From Takakia lepidozioides (taxonomy: Eukaryota; Plantae; Bryophyta): 64,000 bases of DNA. This document shows positions 12,388-24,347 of this stretch, in pieces. The DNA lies in assembly GCA_030704615.1 (NCBI GenBank), contig CM060733.1:50840001-50904000 (forward strand), written 5' to 3'. Under the pieces are notes generated by a model. It did no database searches. It was not told the DNA's origin and saw nothing but the letters and a program-made list of their open reading frames with translations. A program made the position numbers and the translations under genes. Numbering within the stretch: position 1 is the first letter of the stretch; every line of letters starts with the position of its first letter.

Positions 12388-13900
12388 CTATCCTAAGCAG
12401 TGTGGACATAACCAATCTCCATCAGGAACCCTCTCAAGAGGTGGTGTCAAGCATCCCATATGCCAACCTCTTGAGCATCGATCACACACCAGCATGGTGG
12501 CTGCCCCTTTGGCAGACCCACAGAGCATGCACCTCAAACCTGCAAGTACCACTGTCAAGTTTGGGTCAACTCTGCCATCGACATTGGGAAGGTGACATGG
12601 CGCACAATTACGCACATGGTCTTTCCAAGTCATGCCATCCCAACCCTCCAAGATCAGGACTCCTGAGGGCAACACCTCTCGAACCCTCAGAATAACACGC
12701 CCTGCAGTGACATCCAGGGTCGTAGAGGTAGTCTGCTGCAAATAAACATAGTCATCCGGGCTAAACCGCCGAACCCCAGGACAATATCCTCCACCACGTA
12801 TAGTGGCATACCTCAACATATCACGGTGCTGTGCAATGGCAAGGTTCTCAAAAGCCATGGGCATGACTTTCTTGAACAACTCTGCACGCTGATCACATGC
12901 ACGTACCCACACGTCTGGATCGTCAAGGTTAAGGACTTGAGCAGTGTCCCTACGAAAGGCTGCAGACAAATCCGGCTCTCGGCCAAAGAGAAGGAAATAT
13001 GGTGAGAAGGAGGCAAGTGATGCTTGTTTGCTGAACCTGTAGCCCGTGGCTAACCAAGACACCTGAAGATCCCAATCTCCTAGGTGTCCCTTCTGCAAGC
13101 CATACTTGCGCAAACCCCTCTTCACCATCTGAACAACTCTCTCTGCCAAGCCATCGGCCTCAGGATGATCCCGAGAAGTGGTGCGGTGGTCTATCAAGGC
13201 TTTATCACATAAAGCCTGAAATTCCCCCAAGAACTCTCTCCTTTGGTCCGTGAGTACCTCAGCTGGAACACCGAATCGGCTAAGCACACGATCCAAGAAT
13301 GCTTACGCAGCCCCCTCACTAGCCTTGTCAGGCAATGGAACCAACTCAATCCACTTGGAGAAGTGCTCCACCATCACCAACACATATTTGTGGTGGCGCA
13401 TAGTCAGTGGCAACGGTCTTGCGAAGTCAAGACTCCACCTGTAGCCCAATCCCATGATTAATAAAGGATGCAACTGTGGTGTAGGGGCATTGAATGAAGC
13501 ACGCACCCTGTCACACACCATGCACCTAGCCACGAACTGTTGCACCTCTGTATGCATACCACGCCACCAACACTGCCCCTGCAGTAAACTGTGAGTGCGT
13601 CGCACTCCAAAATGCCCCAACTCCTCATGGGCATGCCGCACTAACCGTGCACGCTGTGTGGGGTGAGGCACAATCCTCACCCGACCATCCTCCCATACTC
13701 GGAGCGGGTGTATCTCCTCCCACTTGAACCTCTTGTTGCATGATCTGATCCCTCTCCTTGGCAGTCATAGTGGCTGCCGTGTCTCCACTACGGAGGTAGT
13801 CCAACACAGCCGAATCCTCATGTATATCTCGGGTACCACCTGGCTCATCACTAGCCTCAGGGTCCTCAGACACTCCGTCTACAGTCATCCCTGTTGTAGG
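12388..13900 (-). pseudogene. Integrase (HHCC, DDE) with C-terminal PHD finger, frameshifted
   Basis: HAHEELGHFG...CMVC, WSLDF, VLTDQ, GLAERVV, CMLC...CDRC...H..C...WLCPHC. Confidence 0.92.
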
Positions 13901-15141
13901 AGATGGGAGCAGTTCCGTGGGTGGCAATGCTAGTACATGACGTCCCTGGACTAGCAAAATATTTGGGCATAGCCTTACCAGACAAAAGGCACGAGTGCCC
14001 TTGGGAGGACACACAAGGTAGTAGCCATTAGTGTGGTCCGCTGGGCGACCTTGGAACGTGCCTGCATTGATGAGGTTAAACCATCTGGATTTCGGATGTG
14101 AAATGAGAATTATGTGGAGTTGTCTAACTTCTTGGTTATGTCTAGTTACCCATAACCCATGAATTATGGGGTGGTCGCAGTGGGTATGGCCATTTGTCTA
14201 TTTGGGGATTTTGGGATGAACATAATATGCAATGTTTATTAGGATATAATAATGGCCAGAACAAGTTCCGTCATTGATTGCCCAGGTATTGACCATACTG
14301 AATAGTGTGTTTGATTTGTGCATTAGCAACAGTGGGGGATGTCCAAAAATGATTGGACATACTGTGTAGCAGGTGTGGGGATGAGACCCACTTAGATATG
14401 TAGGAATTTATGTAGGTGCGGGATTCTTGTATGAGTACCTTATGAGTACCTCTTTCACAATAACCTCGTGGTGAGGCTGTGAAGACGGGTTTTGTAGCTG
14501 GATGAGGTTTTCATTTCCTTGCAAGGCATGATTTAGGGGCGTGCAGCTCAGGAAACAGCATGCAATGCTATGGCAGAAACAGAGGTACATGTAGAGGAAC
14601 GATACAGAGAGTCATGAATGTCAAGTATGCTAGAGAAACACCCCATCCACAAATCTGTAGCAACACCAGTATACCAGGCTGTACATACGAAAAGTAATCC
14701 CTTTACTCAAGGTGAGAGTGACCACATACCCCAAACTCCAGGTTGGAATGAGCCACTATATGGCAGCATCAGGCCAAGTAAATCCCCTGCATCTTGGCCA
14801 TAGAACCATGAAAGGTTGGGATGCAACCAGCTTTACATAGGGTTACACAGTATGGGCCAAGCAAGGTGTAATGGCTCAACGCCGTCTTCTACTAAATGTC
14901 GAGGATGAACTCCAACAGATGGGGAGAAGAACATACCACACCAAAAATGTAGGAGGATTTGACCCCCAGAATCATCTGGGTTACACTCAGTGCACTTATC
15001 TAACTGAGTTAAATGAGCTACTGACTGGTGGTGGTATCCTAGCAGTTAAAAAAACCCGTTTGCGCAAGAACAATTCACGGTGATATGGGTATGAATCACG
15101 GACATAGGGTCGATTACATGGTCTATGCATTCATATTCTTA

Positions 15142-15541
15142 GGGCCGCTTTATGCTAGGGCCCAAGCCTAAGACCAAGTGAGAATGGAGCGTTCCGCAAC
15201 TCTCTTCCCATGAAGGCAGAGGGCAAAGCCATTTTTTATTTTTATTTTGCAGCCCAAATTTCGCCATTGGCGGAGGCCTGAAAATTGGGCCCAACGGCTT
15301 TACACTTTAGCCCAAGCCCAAGAAAATGGAAGTGGGTCATTTACCTACATGGCACAAGTTTTGGCACCAACTTCTTGGGCCAGCCCAAGAAAAAGGAACC
15401 CTCCTTTAGTGCAGACCCAACTCTCCGCTCTCTGGCCCAAGAAGTTTGGTATTAAATATAATATTTTTGTTTGATCATGACCGTTGAAGTTGGCCCAATA
15501 GTGGTAAAAATTGGGGCTTGGGCCCTACTGTAAAGCAGCCC
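15142..15541. mobile_element. Tourist-like (PIF/Harbinger) MITE, 400 bp
   Basis: Imperfect ~27-bp TIRs GGGCCGCTTTATGCTAGGGCCCAAGCC / GGCTTGGGCCCTACTGTAAAGCAGCCC with TTA on both sides. Confidence 0.8.
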
Positions 15542-15721
15542 TTATTTTTTTTAAACCAGATCACAAATTTAACTTATAATTATTACAATAAAATGAAAAC
15601 TTTCACTTCAATGCGCATGATAAAGTAACAAATATTTACTAGGGCTCCGCGTTGCTTTGCACTACTAGTGACGAGAAGTCGAACTATAGAAGTTATGCAT
15701 CAATAATAGATTTTGTGCACG

Positions 15722-16670
15722 TTTCTTGTTTTTTTTAAAATAAACAGGGGACATAGGCCTGGGAATAAATCAGAAAAGGTAACCAACAAAAGACGACACG
15801 GATGGAAAACCGTCCCAGTCCAAAGAAGCCAAAACCGTCACGGAAATCAAACTAACAAAAGGTAGAGGGGCGGAACAAAGAAAGGAAAAATAACCAAAAA
15901 GGAAGGCCAAGAGAAAGAGAAAAGAAAAGGAGAGAAAAGAAAAGAAAAAACAAAGTCAAAATTTCAGCTGCATTTTTTACTTTGAATCACTAGCCCTAAT
16001 ATGGTGGTGCCGTTTGACCTCACTATTGTCTCCATCATAGCCCAGTCAGGAAGAAGAGCGTCTTCCCGATAAATAGAAGACTCGGATAAACGAGAGTCGA
16101 GGATGCCACCCTTACACCAACTGATATCAATTTTTTTGAGAAGCTGCAACCGTTGCCAGTGGAATTTTTCAGAGCCTTATGGCTCACTTTTCGGAGATGA
16201 TTTCTTAAATATGACAAATGACATTCTTAACAAAAGATTTATGCCTTCCCAAATGTCTCAAGGATTTATCACACTCATATTCAAAAGAGGGACAAACAGA
16301 GAGTCACAAGCTATATTCCTATCACTTTCCTAAACTCTCTTTAGAAAATTGTAGCAAAAACCTTGGTTGTGATACTCCAACCACTACTTCCCACGATCGA
16401 TAGGAAGGATCAAATGGAATTTCGTAAAGACTGTATGATTATGGAAAATATCTTACTGACCCATGAAGCCTTGCATATGGCTAAGATCAATAATCAGCCT
16501 TTAGCGTTCCTCATGCTAGACTTTGAGAAGGCTTTCAACTCTATTGATTGGAATTTTGTTCTGAGAACCTTGGCTAAGGCTAGTTTTCGGGGACCGTTCC
16601 TTGAATGGATTAAAATCCTCATTTCCTCCGCCTCAAGTAAGGTAATGATTAACGGGCTACAACACATATA
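15722..16670. mobile_element. Short L1-type insertion: minus-strand 3' end joined to a plus-strand RT fragment
   Basis: Plus 16103-16670 encodes MPSQMSQGFITLIFKRG...ENILLTHE...LDFEKAFNSIDW; minus ~16100-15722 ends ccaggcctatgtcccctgtt plus an A-rich tail, resembling the LINE end at ~3900. Confidence 0.7.
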
Positions 16671-17146
16671 CTTGGTCTTATGTACAGTGAACTAATTAGT
16701 TATTCGACGTTAACATTTAAAAGCAAGTGTGATGTAGCCATCACAAAAAAAAATTGTAATACATGATAGCCCTTCAACTCCGGTTGGCATTGATTACTGC
16801 GCTCATAACCTGTACACAAAAATCTCTTAAGTTGTTAGATTGTAACACTGTTGAAGATTGTGTACATTAACTGCAATGATGAACTCGTCGACACCTCCAG
16901 CTGGTAGTTCAAAATGGTCATATTAAAGACATCGAAATTTGGTCAAGTATGAGTGAACCTAAATTTAGATTCTTAGGGTTTAAGCGCGGATGTTCTCTAG
17001 TAAACTCACCTGTAAATGGAAGTATAAAAACTCTGAATATTATGTAATTTTTACAGTGGGTGCTAGGATTGGACATGATGTACTATGTAGAGTACAAAAT
17101 TTTATACAATCAACCAGCAAACTGGGAATTGAGAGGAATATTGGCA

Positions 17147-18013
17147 TCAGTTCACGAATGGTATGTACCTAGTATATGAAATCACAATTTTCCCTTCAGC
17201 AAGTTCTGCAATGTCATCGAAAGCCTGTTGGGATAGATCGAAAGTTCCCTGACAGCCAGGACTTGGGCAAAGATCCACAATCTTGACAGTTGTGGTTCCT
17301 GTGGAGTATTTGCATGGCACGGGGACACCATCGTTTGTTCCACCCGTGCAAGTTATGCTATAGTAATTTCCGCAAGCATTACCGCCGTCCCAAATCTCCT
17401 CACTGGCTGCCGCAAACAGATCTCCACTAGGAAACTGGTTTTGATCGAACCCATAGCAAGCAGATGCTGAAGAATCCAAATGAACATCAATAGAAAATGT
17501 AACACGTTAGCAGATGGTCATGGAGTATATTATAGACAGTATATATATCGCCTCAAGACTATACAACAACATGAAGTGTTAATACTTTAAGTTTGATTTT
17601 CAACCATTATGATGGTTTATTCGTAACCTCCAAAGACCGTAGTTGTAATCTATCATTGAAAGCGAGCAACTCAATCTCTCTAGATCTTTCTCTTCGTGAT
17701 CTTCTGAGGTCACACAAATTATAGTACTACATGAACCTTCTCTCGTCCACACATCAGATACATGGTCATCACAAATACACTACTCTGAACTGGTTGTGAT
17801 ATGGATCGAGGTTGTGCATATTTTTGACAACATGGATGATTCATCAACAAGAAGTCTACAAGGAGTTCCAAAGAAAGTTTGCAAGTCCTTACGAACGTAT
17901 GGAGGAGTGTAGTAAGTGGCAGTGCCATCATCGGCCAGAGCTTTTCCGCAGAGGATCATAAGCATCCATGCAGAAAACAACGTGGTGCACAGTGTCACCT
18001 TCACACCAGCCAT
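17147..18013 (-). CDS. Secreted EG45-like (DPBB, plant natriuretic peptide-like) protein; exons 18013-17893 and 17466-17147
   Basis: Signal peptide, DDGTATYYTPPYV-PSACYG, AAASEEIWDGGNACG..Y.ITC.GGTN, TVKIVDLCP, TFDLSQQAF; GT-AG intron; a further short 3' exon cannot be excluded. Confidence 0.9.
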
Positions 18014-19850
18014 TTCTCAATTGTGTTCTTGCGCTAAAAGAGAGAGAGACACACACATATGACGGGTTTGTGGTGTGTGTGTCTGGTTTTATATGAGGTC
18101 CCCGAATTTAAATTTTGAAATTTGATAATCTACATTTTTCACGCTACAAAATTCATCATTCATCTAATTTCATCCATACAAAGCAACAACTACGTAGCAT
18201 AAAAAATGCAATACATCCACAATATACTGAGAATACAAAGGATGTAAACCAGAGGTTCCACTCCAAAAATGCTTTTGATGGAGTTTAAAAAATTAAATAA
18301 TAGGTACACACATCAAATTTTATAAACAAAATGAGAAAATCTGGATATTATATCTAATGATTCAAATTTTCGAAAAGGTTGAGTCTTGTGGAAGCAAGCC
18401 TAAGTTATGAGGTCACTTTCCAAAAAAGCTACTCCCTTCTGTTTAGAAAGTGGACATTAGGTTGTTATATATAATAATAATCATTGATTGGATGACATGT
18501 TTTTCTGTATTTATTTATCAAACTTATAACAAATGATATCTAACTTGGGTTGGCATTGTCTCCACATGATACAGGCTTCATCCAAAAGCTTGGAAGTATG
18601 AAGAAAATGAATATATGAAAGGAGCCGATAAGATGAAGTGGCTTGGAGTTTTCATCTATCTAAAACGCAAAAGCCAAAAATAAAACAAAAATCTTATTAT
18701 ATTTCTCTATAATTTTTAGTGGATCCAAAAGCTGACTTGACCATAGATCGGGAAACATGGGACATGCATGTGACTTGGCCCTCACAAACGTCATATTAAA
18801 TGTTTGCCAAGATTAGTAGAATCATGCATGTCATAACATGGGACGTCCAAATAGTTCATGTATCCCATGTGTATATTTTTTGTTCTTGAGTTTCAATGTC
18901 AGTAAGAGATAGTATTATGGAGCCCACCACCAAAGAGACCGGCTCTTACTTTGGGTCTTTCTCGAGAAATCCAAGCGAAGCTAATGGTCAAAGATGTAGT
19001 GAGTCCTGACATGAACGTGAATCACACAGACAATTGATTCCCATGACCGATCCTTTGTTTGTATTATTGAAATAATCTGAAAATTTGGTAGCATTGTACC
19101 CTTATGATTGACATTTCTATTCATTTGAAGATGGTTGAGGTTTTTAAGGGGCCTTGCTTGCAGAGCCCACCAACGTCAGGTAGAAGCGGAAGAAACCATG
19201 TAGAAGATAGCCCTAGTCACCCTTTTTATATATTACTGTCTCAAGGCGGTGGTGGGGCCTTTAATTAGTAGGGCCATAGCCTCATCCTACTTCTCTAGAA
19301 TTCTATGGAAAGCTTTAGAACTAGGAGGGCCCACCACCTCACATATCTTACTTCTATGCAAGCCTCTACATTTCCAACACCCGTGCCCTCCCTCTCCATT
19401 GGCCGCTCCAATCCTCTTTGTTTTTTTGACATTCAACAATAGCCCTTGTCAGAATTGGTGACCCTTACATTCAGCGGTGGATTGAATGTCGCACCCGTTT
19501 AGTACCTCGCGGATGTTTAGGTAGTTGTGACCCAAGTGAATTAAGCTCCAAGTTATTTTTAGCATTGAGATAGTAAGTGAATGCATAGTCAAAACAAGAC
19601 TACCTACTTCTAAGTTTAAGATCCGAGTTATTTTTAACATTAAGATAAAGATAAAGATAAAGATTCTTTCACGTCCAGTGAATTTACAGAGCCTACTGCT
19701 CAACACACAGGCCATCGAGGGCCCAATGGACGGTCTGAAGGCACATGTTGAAGGATTGAACCCAGGATCACCTAGGTTATAGTAAGTGAATGCGTAGTCA
19801 AAACAAAACTACCTACTTCAAGGTTAAAGATCAAGCTACTTTTAGAGTTA

Positions 19851-20331
19851 GAGCCGACTCTATGGGCACTCCCAAACGTGCCCCCAAGCAAGCGCCCCCA
19901 GGACAGAATTGCCCCTTAAAAATGAGAGGGATGGTTCCATGGAGAGCTTTCCATTCACCCCTCTAGAAATCTTTGGCACCAATTGCTTGGCAATTGTTGT
20001 GGGCCCATGACATACTAAATGACACTTCATATAAGTTTTGGATGAAAATGTCAAAAATCATTCCCTCTCCTAAAATCTAACTTACTTTTGGATGGAAATC
20101 AATAGTATTTTGTAAGGCTGCAGGCCCCGCAATAGGAAAAGACAAAGGTGTCAGTTGGGGGCGCAGTGAAACTCGATCGCCCTTTGCCAAGGGACGTCTT
20201 TTTTGCGCCCCTTAGCAAGGGGCGATTCCGTGGGGGCCCCTTAGGGAATATTCTATTTCCACCAATAGCGCCCTGTTAATCCAGGGGCGATTCATGGGGG
20301 GGGGGGGGCACTTGCCCATGGAACCCGGCTC
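19851..20331. mobile_element. Tourist-like MITE, 481 bp
   Basis: Ends GAGCCGACTCTATGGGCA / TGCCCATGGAACCCGGCTC with TTA on both sides; interrupts the second copy of a local ~80-bp duplication (~19570 and ~19779). Confidence 0.7.
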
Positions 20332-21254
20332 TTAAGGTAGTTGTTTGCCAAATGGAGGTTGGGTAGCACGTCCGCAAGCTCGCGCCTCACCTCTGTAAGC
20401 GTGCATAAAAGGACATACCAACAATTTCAAGAATACTCTTTTAAAAAACTTAGGCAAAACTAAAATGTGCTCACGCCATACAAAATGCAAAACTTTTTGA
20501 AATGTTTGCTCACATGAGCACAAGTCACTCAGCTGGGGCTTGACGAATTTTTTGTTTCTTAAACCATGCTTTTTGATTAATTGTTGTATATTTTATCATG
20601 TAATGATGTCCCTAATATGCAAAAGTAGTCATAGTTCATTTTGTTTTGTCCACAAAATTGTTGGATAATGACCTATTGCAACAATCGCATAAAATTTCAT
20701 GAATAAAATAAATCAACCTGACCAACAAAGATGTCATCTAGTTTTTCTTAATATAATCCGAGAAAATCTAGATTCCTGAGTTTTTGGGCTAGTTAAAACC
20801 CCTTGTGTGCTTGACATTATTAGATTATCGAATTAACTATTTGATTATTTGTGTGTTTTGGATGGTATTCATATTTGTGACTTTGTTTTTTCTACTGTAT
20901 TATTATTTCGCAGAATATCAATTTGTAAATATATGGAACTTAGAGCTTGTAAATTATATACAATAAGAGAGCCTATTCGCGCAAACCGGTTATTACCATA
21001 CCTACGTACGTTGTCCGATGATAATTAAATCCAAAACCAGAGTGCCAAGAAAATCTAACTAGAGTCCTTCTAATGTCGGATGTCACACGTATTTGACCCG
21101 AAGACCTGTTCTACCAAATTCTCGCGTATTTGTTTTTATTATTTATCACTAGGGCTTCTGGTTGCTCCGCACTACTAGTGACGACTTCTGATAGTTATGT
21201 TCAAGTTTACAATAAAAAAGGACCATGGATCAATCGCAAGAAAAATAGTGGACT

Positions 21255-21603
21255 TGTCAAGTTAAATAAGCACAGTGTGAAACTAGCTAGAATAAAGCTA
21301 GTTATTTGTATTTAACACTTGGATTTAGGTCAAGTGTTAAATCAGGTGTCAAGTTTAGTTTGACACCTGACCCGTCTTATCTTCACGAGAGCGGCAGTCG
21401 CGCAGCTCATCTCTCTCGAGTTGAGCCTGCGCGACCGAGCTCCTGCATGCGTTTAGATCTGAGTGTACTCATGATGGGAGTGTAGGTTGTTGTGGGGTGG
21501 AGTCCCCATAGCTTGGGGTGCCCCTGGCTCGACTACTATTTCTAAGAGTGATGGTTTGGTTTTCATGTTTTGTGTCAACAGTGTGTTCGTTGGTTGTTTA
21601 TCA
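21255..21603 (+). repeat. Terminal repeat A1 (349 bp)
   Basis: Matches 32535-32883 with 2 C/T differences by manual comparison. Confidence 0.97.
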
Positions 21604-21617
21604 CTCGAGAGAGATGA
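21603..21617 (+). promoter_or_regulatory. Putative self-priming primer-binding site
   Basis: actcgagagagatga at the end of A1 is the exact reverse complement of 21407-21421; no TGG tRNA-type start. Confidence 0.7.
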
Positions 21618-21988
21618 TCTCTTACCTGTGAGTGCAAGGTAGGAGTTGAGGGTTAGCACTTGCAAGATTACCTGTGTGTAAGTAGTGCTTAGTTTGAGAA
21701 GCATATCATTGAATGTGATCACAAGATTCAGCGTGCCCTGAAACGCCTGGAGGATGACAATGCCGGAGCCGCCACTGTTATTGCAGTCGCTAAAGCTACC
21801 AAGTCACCAGAGGCTTTGGAGTACACGAGGAGAGACTTAAAAATGCAGCAGCAAATGCTAGTTGGCACCTATGCGTGATCCTTGAAGCTGGATGATTGTT
21901 TCCCCAGTAAGCTTATAGAGAAGCTTTACCGTGCAGCATGGAGCAGCGCTGGCAAGCGGTGAACGCTGATACTTGCACTCTTGCAGTC

Positions 21989-22070
21989 TTGGAGTCCAAG
22001 CTAGGACACGGGGAATATGACCGGTCAACAACCAAGGTGCTGCATTTGATCAACAATCCTGAAGCGGAGG
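21989..22070 (+). pseudogene. MAD1: Captured fragment of mitotic checkpoint gene MAD1
   Basis: Translates LESKLGHGEYDRSTTKVLHLINNPEAE, matching the recalled plant MAD1 segment LESKLGHGD...TRVL and the Mad2-binding motif KVLH..NP. Confidence 0.7.
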
Positions 22071-22568
22071 GAGCCCAGGCCACGGACTAGCTCGTCTCGT
22101 CTTACCCTGGGAGTGCAAAGGATGAATAGGTGAAGATTCTTTGGCAGATCAGAGCAGGGCGGAGCTCGTTGCGTTGACTGGCTAGCCGTTATATGGTCGA
22201 CAGTCGCTTAAGCTGCAGGGTTACGTTGCCGGGTGATCGATATTGTTTCCAGGTCTTCATTTGGTGGGCATGCCGGGAGCGTGGAGGTGTGAGGAGTGGC
22301 AGGGCTTTCATCAGTTGCATCTTTCTTAGCTGCTGTGTGTTTCACTAGTTGAACATCTTCGAAGCTGAATTACGGCTTAATTGGAAACCCGTACCCTGCT
22401 ACTTCTGCCTATCGAGGTTATGGTGGGGGTGGATCAGGAGGGCAGGTGTTCCAGCTCCAGTTGTGTGCATATGTAACCTACCTCCCCGTAATCTCTTTTA
22501 GTTCTCCTCTAGAAGAGGTTACTTACTTGGACTGACAGGACCTGGATCAGTCTGGAAGAAAGTTTGAC

Positions 22569-22859
22569 CTGCGAATAACGTCCGTCCTTGTGATCCTTCT
22601 TCATGTTCAAGAACCACTCAGGTATCTTGAACTGCCGGGGATTCGCGACAATCACCATCAAGTTCTCCAGCTCCGCACCCTACAGCTCACCAGCTCCCTT
22701 GCTGGTGTCGACGTCCGCCTTCTTGCAGACCAGGTTAGCGAAACGGCGCCCCACTCCCTTGATAGAGGTCAAAGCGAACATGATCTTCTGCCGTCCATCT
22801 ACATTTGTGTTGAGCACTCGCAAAATGTGCTGGAAATCTTCGTTGGCGATGAGCGACAT
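22569..22859 (-). pseudogene. RPS18: Captured fragment of 40S ribosomal protein S18 (uS13), codons 1-97, one internal stop
   Basis: [96 protein letters not shown]. Confidence 0.95.
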
Positions 22860-23598
22860 GGTGGATACCCGCGCAGCAGCGATCCTCGCGCTGTGCAGCT
22901 TCACAGGCAAGCGGCAAAGAGGCAAGGAGGCAGTAGAGTCGGCTGTTGGTGAGGCGAGATAGAAGCACTTTGGGTCTTCAATCCTGAGTACCTCTTTCAG
23001 AATATTAAATCCCAACAGACATCAATACATGTGGGAAAGACCTCATACCGCATGTATAAGCATCCCCAGCCATTGGAATGGCGTTGTGCGGCATAGTGAG
23101 GAGACGATGCAGGGCGTCCATGGCAGCGAGCACGCAAGAAGAAGCAAGTAGCACTGAAGACACATGATCGCAGTGAGGATCAGAAGGACCTAACAGCCCC
23201 AGTACTTGAGCGTTGTTCGACACCAGCTTGATTTTGCATAGACCTGGAGGGGAACGGCCTCGGGAACCCGTAGGTAACCTGGGAACAATTTTTAATGGCG
23301 AGAACGTTTTGGTGTTAAAAAAAAAAACAAAAAAAAGGGTTTTTTTTTAATCTAATTTGAATGATTTGGAGCCAAATTCATCGTATCTTTGTCAAATGGA
23401 CTCTGTTTGACCCAGTTTTTGGGGGGATAGCTGCAGAAAGGGGATATCTACCTATCTAGACCTGGTTTCTGTTTTGGGGACTCTGCTTAAAATCTATGGA
23501 ATTTTTAGAGTGTGAGTGTGCCACGAAATATCCACAATCCTGTTTCTAGAACCTGTGCTGGTCTATATGAGAGACAAACTTGTGGATGTACTCCTTGT

Positions 23599-24347
23599 AT
23601 GGCTGGGGAAAATGAGGACGTAATTGAAGGGCAGGTCTCTTATCTTAGCCTGTGCACACAAGGGGACAAGATTTATGTTTCCCAAGGAACTCAGACTGAT
23701 TTGAGTGGAGAACAGTTGGACGAGTTGATTGCATATTGGGAGTCAGGCATTAGCAGTAGACAACAGACTGCTGTAGTTGGCATTGAGGGCCTCAATATCG
23801 CCTTGGACAGTCAGAACTCTGTTGGAGCCAGCAGTTCTGCAGCTGTAGGTGAAATACCAAAGTGGGTGAAAGCTAGGCTTGGAACACAGCCAAAGACAGC
23901 CCCGGGACCAAGGTGTTCAGCCACAAGGCCGTGGTGTACTGGAGCAGAGGAGCAGGAGCTACACAAGTTTGTGCAATCAGACATGGTTGCAGCCGGATAC
24001 GCTCTGCACAGGGCAACCACGAGCGGGGGTTCATCAGCAATGACATGTTTGTTGTGCGTGAAGGAGATGCACTCATTCGCAATGAGGACACCCGCAACCG
24101 TCTCAAAGCTTTCGAGTTGAGAGACTATCAGACCCTACCTTTGTTTTCTTTAGTATTCAGTGAGCGGGAGATATGGGAGTATTGCTTTGTCTCTACCTGG
24201 CAGAAAGAGGAGGAGGGTTGGTTAGAGCGAGCTACTGTAGCTTGGGACAAGGGTAGTGGCAGGTTTCTGGACATAGATATACCTCCTACATCTTACCATC
24301 ATGCAGAGCGAGGCACTTTGAGAGAAGTCTGGCAGTTGATAGCATAG
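23599..24347 (+). pseudogene. Extra ORF upstream of gag (~250 aa with one frameshift), function unknown
   Basis: Overlapping ORFs 23512-24120 and 23913-24347 read as one globular-looking protein if joined near 24000. Confidence 0.5.

Larger units (their letters stand above)
10595..13900 (-). mobile_element. 5'-truncated Ty3/gypsy-type element (integrase-PHD) with split-repeat 3' end B1-gc-A2-B2; relative of the 21255-32969 element
   Basis: Integrase/PHD closely similar to 30647-32188; PPT complement cgcccccctagctgg at ~12130-12144; B1 11952-12128, gc 11950-11951, A2 11622-11949, B2 split into 11529-11621 and 10595-10679; minus-strand terminus ...cgcacgaca. Confidence 0.9.

Noticed and set aside
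13950-15100. Possible decayed endonuclease or other TE coding sequence (SDH and GGGIL-like words)
   Set aside because: Motifs are out of the expected order and too weak to support a call.
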